DNA from: an uncultured Gemmatimonadales bacterium
GTDB lineage: Bacteria; Gemmatimonadota; Gemmatimonadetes; Gemmatimonadales; Gemmatimonadaceae
Direction: 5' to 3'
Assembly: GCA_963851265.1 (NCBI GenBank)
Contig: CAWKNZ010000001.1
Span: 187,920 to 251,919, forward strand
Length of the DNA: 64,000 bases
Below, one piece after another: positions 49,774-59,112 of the stretch (the stretch's first letter is position 1; each line of letters opens with the position of its first letter). The notes beneath the pieces are model-generated. The model saw nothing but the letters and a program-made list of their open reading frames with translations. It had not been told where the DNA came from and did no database searches. A program made the position numbers and the translations under genes.

Positions 49774-50412
49774 ATGAACCGGCCCCGCCGTCTGAGCGCA
49801 CTGATGACACCGGAGGAGTACCTGGCGTTCGAGGAGACCGCGCGGGTCCGACACGAGTACGTCAGCGGACACGTGTACGCGATGTCGGGCGTGAAGGTGC
49901 GCCACGCCCGGGTCGTTCGCAACGTCGCGACGGGCCTGCAGCAGGCCGCTGGAGTCGGGCCGTGTGAGGCGTTCACCAACGACCTGAAGGTCCGCGCCGA
50001 CGAGACCACGTTCTACTACCCGGACGTGCTCGTGGTCTGCGACACGCCCGACGACGAGACCGTGTTCGTGACCAACCCGTGCGTCGTCGTCGAGGTGCTC
50101 TCGCCGAGTACGCGCCGCACGGACCGGAGCGAGAAGCTCGTCGCCTACCGGCGCATCCCGACGCTCAGCGCGTACCTCATCGTCGAGGCGACGCGCCAGG
50201 AGGTCGAGCGGCACTGGCGGGACGCGTCGGGCGCGTGGCGTTCCGAGATCGTCACGCCGGAGTCGGGGGGGCGGGTCGCGGTCCCCTGCCCCGATACCGT
50301 GCTCACGCTCGACGCGGTGTACGCCGGCGTGACGCTCCGCCCGCGGCTGCGTCGGGTGAAGGAGCGTGCGCCCGCGCCGCCGGCACGGAGTCCGGCGGCC
50401 GCGGGCGCGTGA
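49774..50412 (+). CDS. Uma2-family (PD-(D/E)xK) endonuclease-like protein
   Basis: EEYL..E...RHEY..G, YYPDV and VEVLSPST...D..EK...Y..IP.L..YL. Confidence 0.9.
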   Translation: MNRPRRLSALMTPEEYLAFEETARVRHEYVSGHVYAMSGVKVRHARVVRNVATGLQQAAGVGPCEAFTNDLKVRADETTFYYPDVLVVCDTPDDETVFVTNPCVVVEVLSPSTRRTDRSEKLVAYRRIPTLSAYLIVEATRQEVERHWRDASGAWRSEIVTPESGGRVAVPCPDTVLTLDAVYAGVTLRPRLRRVKERAPAPPARSPAAAGA

Positions 50413-50439
50413 TTCCGTTCGGCGTTCGTTAGGCCGCGC

Positions 50440-52365
50440 TCACCCCGCGACCAGTTTCCGCAGCGCGCCGACGGCCTGCGCCACGCTCCCGCTCTGCCCG
50501 CCCTTGGCCGACATCGCCTGCACGAGGTTCTGGTCGCGCGCGTACAGGTCGTTGCCGAAGTAGAGCTGCCCGTTCTTGAGGTACGTCGTGAAGTACGCGA
50601 TGTAGACCGGCACCTTCTGCGCGAGCGGCACGCTCCGGTTGTTGGCCGTGGTGTCGTTCATCGCCGCCTGCACCTGCTGCACCGGCCAGCCGAGCACCCA
50701 CGAGGCGAGCTCCGCGGGCTTCTCGAGGCGGATGCAGCCGTGGCTGAAGCCGCGCACGTCCTTCGCGAACAGCTGCTTCTCGGGCGTGTCGTGGAAGTAG
50801 ATGTTGAAGCTGTTGGGGAAGAGGAACTTGACGAGGCCTAACGAGTTCTTCGGGCCCGGCTTCTGGCGGACGTGCGTCCTGCCGCCCTCCTTGAACGTCT
50901 CGAGGTCGTTCTCCGCCATGTAGTTGGGGTTGGCGTGGATCTTCGGCCACGTCTCCTTGGCGGCGATCTCGTCGGTAATGTTCCAGTACGGCCGGAAGAC
51001 GACCGTCTGCATCGAGTCGGCGAACACGGGGGTCTTCTTGTCCTCGTAGTCCTTGCCGACGACGACCTTCATCTCGAGCGCCTTCTTGCCGCCGTCCCAC
51101 GCCTGCAGCGTGAACGCGGGCACGTTGGCGATCACGTAGCGCGTGCCGAGCGTGCGCGGCAGCCAGCGGTAGCGCTCGAGGTTGGCCGCGATCTGCCCCA
51201 TGCGGTAGGCGACCGGCACGTTCAGCGCGTTGACCGTCTCGGGGCCCAGCAAACTGTCGACCGCGATGCCGTGGCGCGCCTGGAACGCCGCAACGCCGCC
51301 CGCCAGCTCGGCGTCGTACGGCACCTGCCCCGCGGTCGCACGGCGCGCGGGCGCGGTGCGCGCGGCCGCGGTCGCCGACCGGTCGCGCGACGAGTCGCTC
51401 GCGGCGCCCTGCACCGAGTCGGCCGGGGGCGTGCCGGCTCCGCCCAGCAGCCCTTCGGCCGCGAGGCGCGCGCGCAGCGCGGTGAGGCGGGCCGGGCTGT
51501 CGGACTCGCCGGGCTTGAGCGCGCGTCCCGCCGGCACGCGCGGCCAGCTCGCCTTGGCCGCGAGCGCCCGGTACTGCACGAGCTGCTGGCGCAGCCCCTT
51601 GTAGTCCGCCTCCTGCGGCCGCATGCGGTCGATGCCGCGGCTGATGTCTGGGTCTCCCAGGGAGCGCACGAGCGCGCTGTCGATGCGTGACTCCTGCCGC
51701 GAGATGAACCAGTCCTGCTTCTCGATCTGCTTCGGGTCGACCTGCCCCGTGAGCAGGTCCTCGGCGAGTGCGGCATACGCGCTCGTGAACATCACGTCGG
51801 CGGCGGCGATCTGCTGGGCCGTGGGCTTCGGCGCGGCCGACCCGGGCTTCAGCCCCTCGACCGCCTGCAGCGACTGTGCGAGCTCGGGCAGGGGAAGCAG
51901 GTCGAGGTCGAGCGCGTCCTGGTCGGCGCTCACGAGCGCCTTCAGCAGGGCCGTGCTCCGCGCGTGGTCGGGCCCGTTCTCACCCATCCAGAGCGGCGCA
52001 CCGCCGAACTGCTGGTACAGACGCTGAACGTGACGCCACTGGTCGACGTCGACCGAGGGCGGCCGTCGCCCGGCGAGCGCATGCGCGATCCCCGACTTGA
52101 CCTCGGCCGCGGGTACGCCGGCGATCGCGTCGGGAACGCTGGGGCGCCAGCCGCTCGCGCCCGCGGTGGGCGCATCGGCGGTGGGCGCATCGGGCGCCGT
52201 GGCGGTGCCCGCGCGTGCGGCGGGCGTGGTGCCGGCCGCGGACGCGGCGTTGGCCGTCTTGCTCTCCGACACCGAACATGCGGCGGTGAAGAGTGCAGCG
52301 GCGACGAGCGGGAGCAGAGCCGGCGTCCGGCTGGCGGACGCGAGCGTGTATGGGGCGGACATCAT
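50440..52365 (-). CDS. L,D-transpeptidase lipoprotein (YcbB/LdtD-like, with PG-binding domain)
   Basis: Lipobox TAAC, FQARHG, NLER.RWLP, NVP.F, PGPKN.LG..KF.FPN...IYFHDTP and SHGCIR. Confidence 0.93.
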   Translation of the reverse strand: MMSAPYTLASASRTPALLPLVAAALFTAACSVSESKTANAASAAGTTPAARAGTATAPDAPTADAPTAGASGWRPSVPDAIAGVPAAEVKSGIAHALAGRRPPSVDVDQWRHVQRLYQQFGGAPLWMGENGPDHARSTALLKALVSADQDALDLDLLPLPELAQSLQAVEGLKPGSAAPKPTAQQIAAADVMFTSAYAALAEDLLTGQVDPKQIEKQDWFISRQESRIDSALVRSLGDPDISRGIDRMRPQEADYKGLRQQLVQYRALAAKASWPRVPAGRALKPGESDSPARLTALRARLAAEGLLGGAGTPPADSVQGAASDSSRDRSATAAARTAPARRATAGQVPYDAELAGGVAAFQARHGIAVDSLLGPETVNALNVPVAYRMGQIAANLERYRWLPRTLGTRYVIANVPAFTLQAWDGGKKALEMKVVVGKDYEDKKTPVFADSMQTVVFRPYWNITDEIAAKETWPKIHANPNYMAENDLETFKEGGRTHVRQKPGPKNSLGLVKFLFPNSFNIYFHDTPEKQLFAKDVRGFSHGCIRLEKPAELASWVLGWPVQQVQAAMNDTTANNRSVPLAQKVPVYIAYFTTYLKNGQLYFGNDLYARDQNLVQAMSAKGGQSGSVAQAVGALRKLVAG

Positions 52366-52528
52366 GCGACGGCGTACAGGGGCGTATGGGTCGACGCGGC
52401 ACGAACCGCGTGGCGTGTGCTGGTTGGGCTGGCTCACGGAAAAAAGGCGAAATGTGAGCCAGCACACCGTCATACCCCGCCCGGTCGTCGCGGCGCCGTC
52501 GGGCGCCAAACGGACGGGCGTCGAACCG

Positions 52529-53512
52529 TCAGTCGAACGTCCACGCGCCCGCGACCGCGTACGCCACGAGCGCGAGCGCGTGCCACACCGCGGTGGCCAG
52601 CTCCCACGCCGCCTCGAGCGCGTCGGCGGAGGCGAACCCCGGCGCGCCGACGGCGACGCGCACGGCCCAGACCTCACTGTCCATCACCGGCAGTCGTCGC
52701 ACTCGCACCGACGGCGGCCCGAGCCCCGCCGCCGCCCGCAGGCCGAGCGCGCGCCGCCGCGCCGCGGCCGGCGCGGCGTGCGCGGCCCGCACCTCCGCGA
52801 GCACGGCGCGCACCGTTGCCGGCGCCCCCAACCGCCCGCGCCCGAACGCGCGCTCGGCCAGCGCGTCGGCCTCGGCCAGCGTGCGTAGCGCCGTCCCGGC
52901 GAGCGCGTCGACGGCCACGAACAGCCCGGGTGCCACCCCCACGGTGTCGAGCGCCGGCGCGTCGAGCAGCCGCGCGATGCGCGCCGCGGTGGCGGCCGCG
53001 TGCGTGTAGCGCATGACGGCGTCGATCGCGTGCTGTTCGGTCGCGTCGGCCAGCGTGCGCAGGCGGAGCGCGGCGCTCCGCAGCGCGCGCCGCTCGCGCC
53101 CGCCGGCACCGCCCGCCGCCAGCAGTTCGAGCGGCGGGCGCCAGCCGAGCGCGCCGGCCGCGGAGATGAGCACGCGCCGCTCGCCGTGCAGGGCGTCGGG
53201 CGTCGCGAGCGCGAACGGACGCACCGCGTGCGTGTCGAGCCACCGGTCGAGCTTCGTCACGCCGAGCGCGGGGAGGGCGGAGGCACCGCCCGGCTCGTGA
53301 CCGTCACCGTCCGTCTCGGGGCGCCAGCGGGCGTCGGCGGTGCCGACCCAGGCCACACCGCCCGTGCACAGCAGGTGCGTCGGCGCGACATCGCCCGAGG
53401 CGACGAGCGATGCGAGCGACGGGCGGCGGGGGACGGGCGGGAACGCGGATGACACGAGGGCGGATGACCGGCAATGACGAATCCGGCATTGTAGCATGTG
53501 CCTCTGCGTCAT
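52529..53512 (-). CDS. hypothetical protein (about 310-327 aa)
   Basis: Long ORF with plausible codon usage. No motif recognised. Start uncertain. Confidence 0.55.
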   Translation of the reverse strand: MTQRHMLQCRIRHCRSSALVSSAFPPVPRRPSLASLVASGDVAPTHLLCTGGVAWVGTADARWRPETDGDGHEPGGASALPALGVTKLDRWLDTHAVRPFALATPDALHGERRVLISAAGALGWRPPLELLAAGGAGGRERRALRSAALRLRTLADATEQHAIDAVMRYTHAAATAARIARLLDAPALDTVGVAPGLFVAVDALAGTALRTLAEADALAERAFGRGRLGAPATVRAVLAEVRAAHAAPAAARRRALGLRAAAGLGPPSVRVRRLPVMDSEVWAVRVAVGAPGFASADALEAAWELATAVWHALALVAYAVAGAWTFD

Positions 53513-53616
53513 CGATATAGCAGCAGTGTCGCTACCGGCTGGCCATGCCCTCCGCGACGGCTACCCCGGGCGCCGGGACCGCGCCGGTCGGAGCGTCGTG
53601 GGTAGTTTGCGCCCCC

Positions 53617-54273
53617 ATGTCACCCGTCCATCGCCCTGAGCGCCGTGCACCCGACCCGGCGCCCGACCGCGTGCCCGGGCGCGCGCCCGCGCCCACACGC
53701 CCGCGCTCGTCGGCGGGGCCCTTCACGGGCGCGCGCGCGGGGCGCGCCGCACGCGGTGCCTGGCGGTGGTTCGCCGCGACGTGTCCGGCGGGGTCGGCCG
53801 TGTCGTGGGCGGTGGGTGTCGCCCTCGCGGGCACCGCGGCGTGCGCGCGGCCGCACGCGGCGCGCGAGGCGCCGCTGCCGGCGAGCATCCCCCCGGTCGC
53901 GGGCGCGATGGTCGCGCAGTACACGATGCGCTACGTGGACGTCGCGCTCGGCACGGGCGCCCCCGCCGAACCGGGGCAGGTGTATGCGGTGCAGTACACG
54001 GGGTGGCTGCGCGACGGCACGCGGTTCGACTCGTCACGCGACCGGGGCGAGCCGATCCGCTTCGAGCAGGGCAAGCGGCGTGTGATCCCGGGCTGGGACG
54101 CCGGATTCGAGGGGATGCGCGTGGGCGGCCGGCGCCGCCTGTTCATTCCTTACCAGCTCGCTTACGGCGTGCGCGGACGCGGGCCGATCCCGCCGCGCGC
54201 CGAGCTGATCTTCGACGTCGAACTCGTCGGCGTGTCGCCGGCGCCGGCGGCCGACTCGGTGCGCGCGCGATGA
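53617..54273 (+). CDS. FKBP-type peptidyl-prolyl cis-trans isomerase (probable lipoprotein)
   Basis: YTGWL.DG..FDSS, VIPGWD, GGRR.L.IP..LAYG and IPP...LIFDVEL. Confidence 0.92.
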   Translation: MSPVHRPERRAPDPAPDRVPGRAPAPTRPRSSAGPFTGARAGRAARGAWRWFAATCPAGSAVSWAVGVALAGTAACARPHAAREAPLPASIPPVAGAMVAQYTMRYVDVALGTGAPAEPGQVYAVQYTGWLRDGTRFDSSRDRGEPIRFEQGKRRVIPGWDAGFEGMRVGGRRRLFIPYQLAYGVRGRGPIPPRAELIFDVELVGVSPAPAADSVRAR

Positions 54274-54983
54274 GCGGCCCCGCAATGGACGAGGCCGCGG
54301 TGGGCGGCGTGCCGCTTCCGCCGGCCGGCACGGCGGCGTACGTCGGGCCGTTCGTGGTGTTCATCGCCTGGCTCGCGGTCGATCGCTACGTCCCGCTCGC
54401 CAACCCGACGCGCGAGGTGGTGCGCGACCTCGTGGTGCTGGCCGGGATCGTCGGATTCGCGCGGCCGCTGCTGCCGCGCGCGCTCCGACCCACGCGGCCG
54501 CTCGCCGGCGTGGCGCTGGGCCTCGCCGTGTGCGCGCTCTGGGTCGCGCCCGACCTGCTCGCGCCCGGGTGGCGCGGCCACTGGCTGTTCCAGAACGCGA
54601 TCACCGGCTCGCTCAAGACCTCCATCGCGCCCGCCGAGCTGACTCCGGTGATGCTCGTGCTGCGCACGGCGCGCGCGGCGCTCCTCGTGCCCGTCCTGGA
54701 AGAGTTGTTCTGGCGCGGGTGGCTGCCGCGCTGGCTGCAGGACGCGCGGTTCGAACGCGTGCCGCTCGGCCGCTACACGCCGCTGGCGTTCTGGGGCACG
54801 GCGGCGCTGTTCGCGGCGGAGCACGGGCCGTACTGGGAAGTCGGGCTGCTCTGCGGCGTGATCTACAACTGGTGGATGGGGCGGACGCGGGCGTTAGGCG
54901 ATCTCGTGCTGGTGCACGCGGTGACGAATCTCGCGCTCTCGCTGTTCGTGATCGCGACGGGGCGGTGGACGTTCTGGATGTGA
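54270..54983 (+). CDS. CAAX prenyl protease-related (CPBP/Abi) intramembrane protease
   Basis: EELFWRG, FAAEH and HAVTN motifs. Overlaps the FKBP stop (ATGA). Confidence 0.88.
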   Translation: MSGPAMDEAAVGGVPLPPAGTAAYVGPFVVFIAWLAVDRYVPLANPTREVVRDLVVLAGIVGFARPLLPRALRPTRPLAGVALGLAVCALWVAPDLLAPGWRGHWLFQNAITGSLKTSIAPAELTPVMLVLRTARAALLVPVLEELFWRGWLPRWLQDARFERVPLGRYTPLAFWGTAALFAAEHGPYWEVGLLCGVIYNWWMGRTRALGDLVLVHAVTNLALSLFVIATGRWTFWM

Positions 54984-55017
54984 GGGCCCGCGCCAGCCGG
55001 GTCCACGCGCCCGGCGG

Positions 55018-55755
55018 TCACGCGAACCGCGGTCTGGCCGAGGGCTCGACCGCGATCCCGCCGAACCGCCGCTCGCGCCCGGCGAAGTCGGCGAGCGCTC
55101 TGGCGAGGTCGGCCGGGGTGAAGTCGGGCCAGAGCGTGGGCGTGAACCACAGTTCCGCGTAGGCCGCCTCCCAGAGGAGGAAGTCGCTCAGCCGCTGCTC
55201 GCCGCCGGTGCGCACCAGCAGGTCGACGTCGGGCGTCGGGGCGGGCTCGTGGTACGCGGCGCCGAGCGCGACGGCGAATGCCGTCGGGTCGACCATCCCG
55301 GCCAGGGCGCCTGCCGCCCGGAGGATGGCGTCCCGCGCGGAGTAGTCGATCGCGAGACGGAGGTGCATGCGGCGGCCCGCCGCGGTCGCGCGTTCCGCGC
55401 CCTCGATCGCGGCGCACAGCGCGGGCGCGAGCCGGTCGCGGCGGCCGATCACGGTCAGGCGGATGCCTTCGCTCACGCACCGCGCGGTCTCGACGGCGAG
55501 AAAGCGGCGGAACAGACGCATCAATGCCTCGACCTCGGGCGCGGGCCGCCGCCAGTTGTCGGCCGAGAAGGCGTAGAGCGTGAGCGTGTGGACGCCGAGC
55601 CGCGCGGCCGCTTCGACGGTGCGGCGGGTGGCGCGCGCGCCGGCCACGTGACCGGCCGTGCGCGGGCGTCCGCGGCGCGTGGCCCAGCGTCCGTTGCCGT
55701 CCATCACGATCGCGACGTGGAGCGGGTGAGTCGGACAACAAGAAGTACTCTGCAT
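55018..55755 (-). CDS. uppS: cis-prenyltransferase (undecaprenyl diphosphate synthase family)
   Basis: [25 protein letters not shown] and [20 protein letters not shown]. Confidence 0.93.
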   Translation of the reverse strand: MQSTSCCPTHPLHVAIVMDGNGRWATRRGRPRTAGHVAGARATRRTVEAAARLGVHTLTLYAFSADNWRRPAPEVEALMRLFRRFLAVETARCVSEGIRLTVIGRRDRLAPALCAAIEGAERATAAGRRMHLRLAIDYSARDAILRAAGALAGMVDPTAFAVALGAAYHEPAPTPDVDLLVRTGGEQRLSDFLLWEAAYAELWFTPTLWPDFTPADLARALADFAGRERRFGGIAVEPSARPRFA

Positions 55756-55763
55756 TGCAAAGT
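55743..55763. promoter_or_regulatory. palindromic operator overlapping the uppS start codon (AAGTACTCTGCATTGCAAAGT)
   Basis: Near-perfect ACTCTGCA-T-TGCAAAGT palindrome. A homologous site is at 57001-57021. Confidence 0.7.
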
Positions 55764-55810
55764 TTCGGGTGAAAGTGAAGGCGCCTGTTCGGCGTCTCGA
55801 GATCCGGGGT

Positions 55811-55913
55811 GCGTGGCGCGTCGGGGCTGCGTTCCCAGCCCGCGTGCCGCGTCGGGGTTGACGACCGCGCCCGTGTGGCGCGTCGGGGTCGGTTACCGCG
55901 CCCGTGTGGCGCG
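55811..55913. repeat. degenerate 31-bp tandem repeat (about 3.3 units)
   Basis: GYGTGSCGCGTCGGGG recurs at 55811, 55842 and 55873, with a partial unit at 55904. Confidence 0.75.
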
Positions 55914-56303
55914 GATGAGCGCCTCCATGTGGTCGAGGTAGCGTTCGAGTGCCGTACGGCCCGCCGCCGTGAGGCGGAACTCGGTGCGCGGCACGCGTCC
56001 GTCGTAGCCCTTGGTGCACGACACGTAGCCGGCGTCCTCCAGCTTGCGGGCGTGCACCGACAGGTTGCCGTCGGTCGCACCGAGCAGCCGCTTGAGGTCG
56101 GGGAACGTGAGCGCGTCGTTGACCGCGAGGGCGGAGACGATGCCGAGTCGGACGCGCTCGTGAATCAGTTGATCGAGCGCCGGCGCGCTCGCGGCCGCGG
56201 CGCCCCCCACGGTCGCACGCACGGCCGGGCCGCCGGTCGCACCGGTCGCTTCACCGGCGCGCGGGGCACGCGGAACGCGTGCGGCGTTGCTGGCGCGGGC
56301 CAC
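55893..56303 (-). CDS. winged-helix transcriptional regulator (HTH_34, MarR/ArsR-like)
   Basis: [29 protein letters not shown] and PRT.F.LT..GR. Confidence 0.9.
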   Translation of the reverse strand: MARASNAARVPRAPRAGEATGATGGPAVRATVGGAAAASAPALDQLIHERVRLGIVSALAVNDALTFPDLKRLLGATDGNLSVHARKLEDAGYVSCTKGYDGRVPRTEFRLTAAGRTALERYLDHMEALIRATRAR

Positions 56304-56304
56304 G

Positions 56305-56967
56305 TCAGCCCCCGTGGCGGCGCGCGATGTACGCGCCGAATCCGAGGTGGACCAGGCCGAACCCCGCCGCCATGCACCCCGCTTCGAAGTCGCTCGGCGC
56401 GGCGTTGACCGCGGCCGGGACGAGCAGCGTGCCCGCGACCGCGACCGCCCCGAGCGAGAGGAACGCGAGCCCCATGTACGGGACCGCGCGTACCGAGAAC
56501 GCCCCCCCCGTCGATACGCCCGCGCCGTAGCTCAACAGCCAGAGCGCGGGCAGCAGCGTGTAGAGCCCCGCATGCGCGAGCGCCCCCGTGAGCAGCGCGC
56601 CGACCGTGAACGGCGGCAGAAAGCTGAGCAGAAGCCGTCGCCCCGACGCCGTGAGCGCCTGCGTGCCATGCGCACGGGCCGCAGCGCGCGCCTTCCACGC
56701 CGACGCGCCCGCCGAGAGCGGGAAGGCGAGCGCCGCGGCGGCGATCCACGTGGCCGTCCAGCGCGGCCCGTCGTGGACGCGCGTCGCGGCGACCGCCGCC
56801 GCGAGTGCGACCACGCCGCTCGCGGCGATCCCCCACCCCGAGACGGCGGTGACGTCGGCGGCGCGGGCCATCGTCTCGCGGATGAACTCGAGGTTGTCCA
56901 TCGCGCGGCGGTGCAGCTGCGGCGCACTGTCGGCGTCGAGCGCCGTCGGACGTTGGATCACGGCCAT
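56305..56967 (-). CDS. multi-pass membrane protein (about 6 TM) co-transcribed with the wHTH gene
   Basis: A.DNL.FIR..M N-terminus, hydrophobic helices, W...YG and GFG..H..FG. Confidence 0.8.
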   Translation of the reverse strand: MAVIQRPTALDADSAPQLHRRAMDNLEFIRETMARAADVTAVSGWGIAASGVVALAAAVAATRVHDGPRWTATWIAAAALAFPLSAGASAWKARAAARAHGTQALTASGRRLLLSFLPPFTVGALLTGALAHAGLYTLLPALWLLSYGAGVSTGGAFSVRAVPYMGLAFLSLGAVAVAGTLLVPAAVNAAPSDFEAGCMAAGFGLVHLGFGAYIARRHGG

Positions 56968-57000
56968 GGGCGAAGAAAGGTGGGCAGGCAGGTCGCGGTC

Positions 57001-57021
57001 AAGTGCTTCGCAACGCAAAGT
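57001..57021. promoter_or_regulatory. second operator copy upstream of the membrane protein-wHTH unit (AAGTGCTTCGCAACGCAAAGT)
   Basis: Matches 55743-55763 at 16 of 21 positions. 34 bp upstream of ATG 56967. Confidence 0.65.
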
Positions 57022-57045
57022 GTGGTCGGGGTCGCGTCTGCTCCC

Positions 57046-58962
57046 TCATCCCGCAACGCCCTGGCACTCGCGCGCCAGCTCGTCGCGCCCTGCGAGCCCG
57101 CTCCGCACGCGGAGCAACTGCACGCGCACGTGCTCCAAGTGCGCGCCCAGCTCCGCCCGCCGCGCGCCGGCCTCGTGCCGCGCGCGCTCCAGGTCGCTCA
57201 TCAGCGTGCGCCGCCGCGCGTCCTCCACGCACGCGCCATCCCCCGCCCGCGCCTCGGCGAGCGCGGCTTCGAGGTCCGCTTCGCGCGTCACGCAGCGCGC
57301 CGTCTCCGCCTGCAGGCGCGCGATCGCGTCGCGCAGCCCGTGAAGTTCGGCCCGCTGCGCGCGCGGCAGCGCGTCGAACACGGCGAGCGGGGTGCGGTGC
57401 GTGATCGTCGCCGCGTGCGACGCGCCAGGTGCCGTGATGGTCGGCACCGCCGCCCACGCGCCGGTCGGCGCGGCGGCCGATCCGGCCACCGTCCGCCCCG
57501 CCCCGCGGTGGCCGCGGCGCGCCGCGAGGCGGAACGTGAAGCGCCCCACGCGGCTCGACCACAGGCGCACGCCGAGCCATTCCCACACCGACCCGCGGCG
57601 CGGGTCGGTGATGACGGTGACGAACGCGCCGCCGATCAGCGCCATCCCCAGCACACTGAGCACGACGCCGACCGGTTCGACGCCGTACGTCCCCGGACGC
57701 ACGACGTGGCGCAGGTAGCGGAAGACGACCACCTGGCAGCCGGCGCCCGAGGTGACCGCCGCGGCGATCCGCCACCGGTGCCGCCGCTGGCGCTCGGCGT
57801 CGCCGGGGGTCGCGCGCAGTGTCGCGCGCAGGTCGCGCTGCTCCGCGTCCACGGCCAGCACCGCGGCGCGCACGTCCTCGTAGCGGAACCCCTTGCGCGC
57901 CAGCTCCCCGGCGTAGGTCACCAGCCCCCGCGCGATCCCCCACATCACGGCGAGCAGGAAGCCGGTGCACACGAGCGCGTCGACGCTCCCGCCCGAGAAC
58001 GAGCCGACGAGCACCGGCGTGAGCACCGCGAGGATGACGAGCGCCCGGAGCGTGGTCTCGAGCCGCTGCGCGAACAGCCGCAGGGCGGGCGCGACGTCGT
58101 GGTGCGCGGCACCCGCGGCGTCGAGCGCCTCGACGAGCGCTTCGCCACTCGGAAATCGCTCCGCGGGCTCCTTGGCCAGGCACCGCTGCACGGCCGCGGC
58201 GAGCGCCTCGGGCACGTCGGGGCGCGCGGCGGCCACGTCGGGTGCGGGGCGCGTGATCTGCTGCGCGAGCACCGCCTGCGTGCTCGCCCCGTCGAACGGC
58301 ACGCGCCCGGTGAGCGCGAAGAACCCGACCACGCCCAGCGCGTACAGGTCGCTCCGACCGTCCACCGCGTCGCCGACGGCCTGCTCGGGGCTCATGTACT
58401 GCGGCGTGCCCACCACCTCGCCCACCCGCGTGAGGCCGAGCGCGTCGGCGGCGCCCGCCGCGCCGGCCGCCACGCGGGCGATGCCGAAGTCGGTGACGAG
58501 CGCCCGCCCCGTCGCGCGCTCGAGGAGGATGTTGTCGGGCTTCACGTCCCGGTGCACCACGCCCTGCGAGTGGGCGTACGACAGCGCCCACGCCACCTCG
58601 CGCAGCAGCCGCGTCGCCTCCGAGGCGCCGAGCGGGCCGGCGCGGGCGACGCGCGCGGCGAGCGTCTCGCCGTCCACGTAGCCCATCACGAACAGGAGGA
58701 GCCCGCCGCGCTCCTCGACCGCGTGCACCGGCACGACGTGCGGGTGCGAGAACGCCGCCGCCGTGCGCGTCTCGCGCAGGAAGCGCTCGCGCAGGTCGGT
58801 GCGCGCGGCGAGCTCGGGGGGGAGCACCTTGATCGCGACGCGGCGGTCGAGCACGCGGTCGCGGGCGAGGAACACGGCCCCCATCCCGCCACGCCCGATC
58901 TCGCGTTCGACGAGGTAGCTGTCGGCCGTGGCGGCGGTCAGCAGGTCGAGGAGCGGCGGCAT
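57046..58962 (-). CDS. membrane-anchored Hanks-type Ser/Thr kinase with a C-terminal coiled coil
   Basis: GRGGMGAV, VAIK, HRDVKPDN, DFG, GTPQYMSPEQ and DLYALG. About 4 TM segments follow. Confidence 0.93.
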   Translation of the reverse strand: MPPLLDLLTAATADSYLVEREIGRGGMGAVFLARDRVLDRRVAIKVLPPELAARTDLRERFLRETRTAAAFSHPHVVPVHAVEERGGLLLFVMGYVDGETLAARVARAGPLGASEATRLLREVAWALSYAHSQGVVHRDVKPDNILLERATGRALVTDFGIARVAAGAAGAADALGLTRVGEVVGTPQYMSPEQAVGDAVDGRSDLYALGVVGFFALTGRVPFDGASTQAVLAQQITRPAPDVAAARPDVPEALAAAVQRCLAKEPAERFPSGEALVEALDAAGAAHHDVAPALRLFAQRLETTLRALVILAVLTPVLVGSFSGGSVDALVCTGFLLAVMWGIARGLVTYAGELARKGFRYEDVRAAVLAVDAEQRDLRATLRATPGDAERQRRHRWRIAAAVTSGAGCQVVVFRYLRHVVRPGTYGVEPVGVVLSVLGMALIGGAFVTVITDPRRGSVWEWLGVRLWSSRVGRFTFRLAARRGHRGAGRTVAGSAAAPTGAWAAVPTITAPGASHAATITHRTPLAVFDALPRAQRAELHGLRDAIARLQAETARCVTREADLEAALAEARAGDGACVEDARRRTLMSDLERARHEAGARRAELGAHLEHVRVQLLRVRSGLAGRDELARECQGVAG

Positions 58963-59000
58963 GAGACCAGAATGGAGCCGAACCGCAATTTGCGCCACAG

Positions 59001-59043
59001 CGTGAAACGCCCGGCGGGGTGAAGCCCCGCCGGGCGTTTCACG
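59001..59043. terminator. perfect 19-bp inverted repeat, probable (bidirectional) terminator
   Basis: CGTGAAACGCCCGGCGGGG-TGAAG-CCCCGCCGGGCGTTTCACG, 70 bp downstream of the aldo/keto reductase. Confidence 0.6.
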
Positions 59044-59112
59044 TCGTGGCCACCGTCATGACCCCGCCCTCCCCCGCGAACGCGCCGGGCGACCCCGCCG
59101 CGGCGGCCGCGC

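Noticed and set aside
49774..50412. Uma2 nuclease as part of a defence island
   Set aside because: It is a solitary gene among housekeeping neighbours, with no methylase, toxin partner or mobility genes.
55811..55913. Possible mini-CRISPR array
   Set aside because: The period is only 31 bp, the variable parts resemble each other, and no cas genes are present.
59001..59043. Hairpin ends CGTGAAAC / GTTTCACG resemble canonical parS half-sites
   Set aside because: The halves point outward and are 27 bp apart. A terminator-type stem explains them better.
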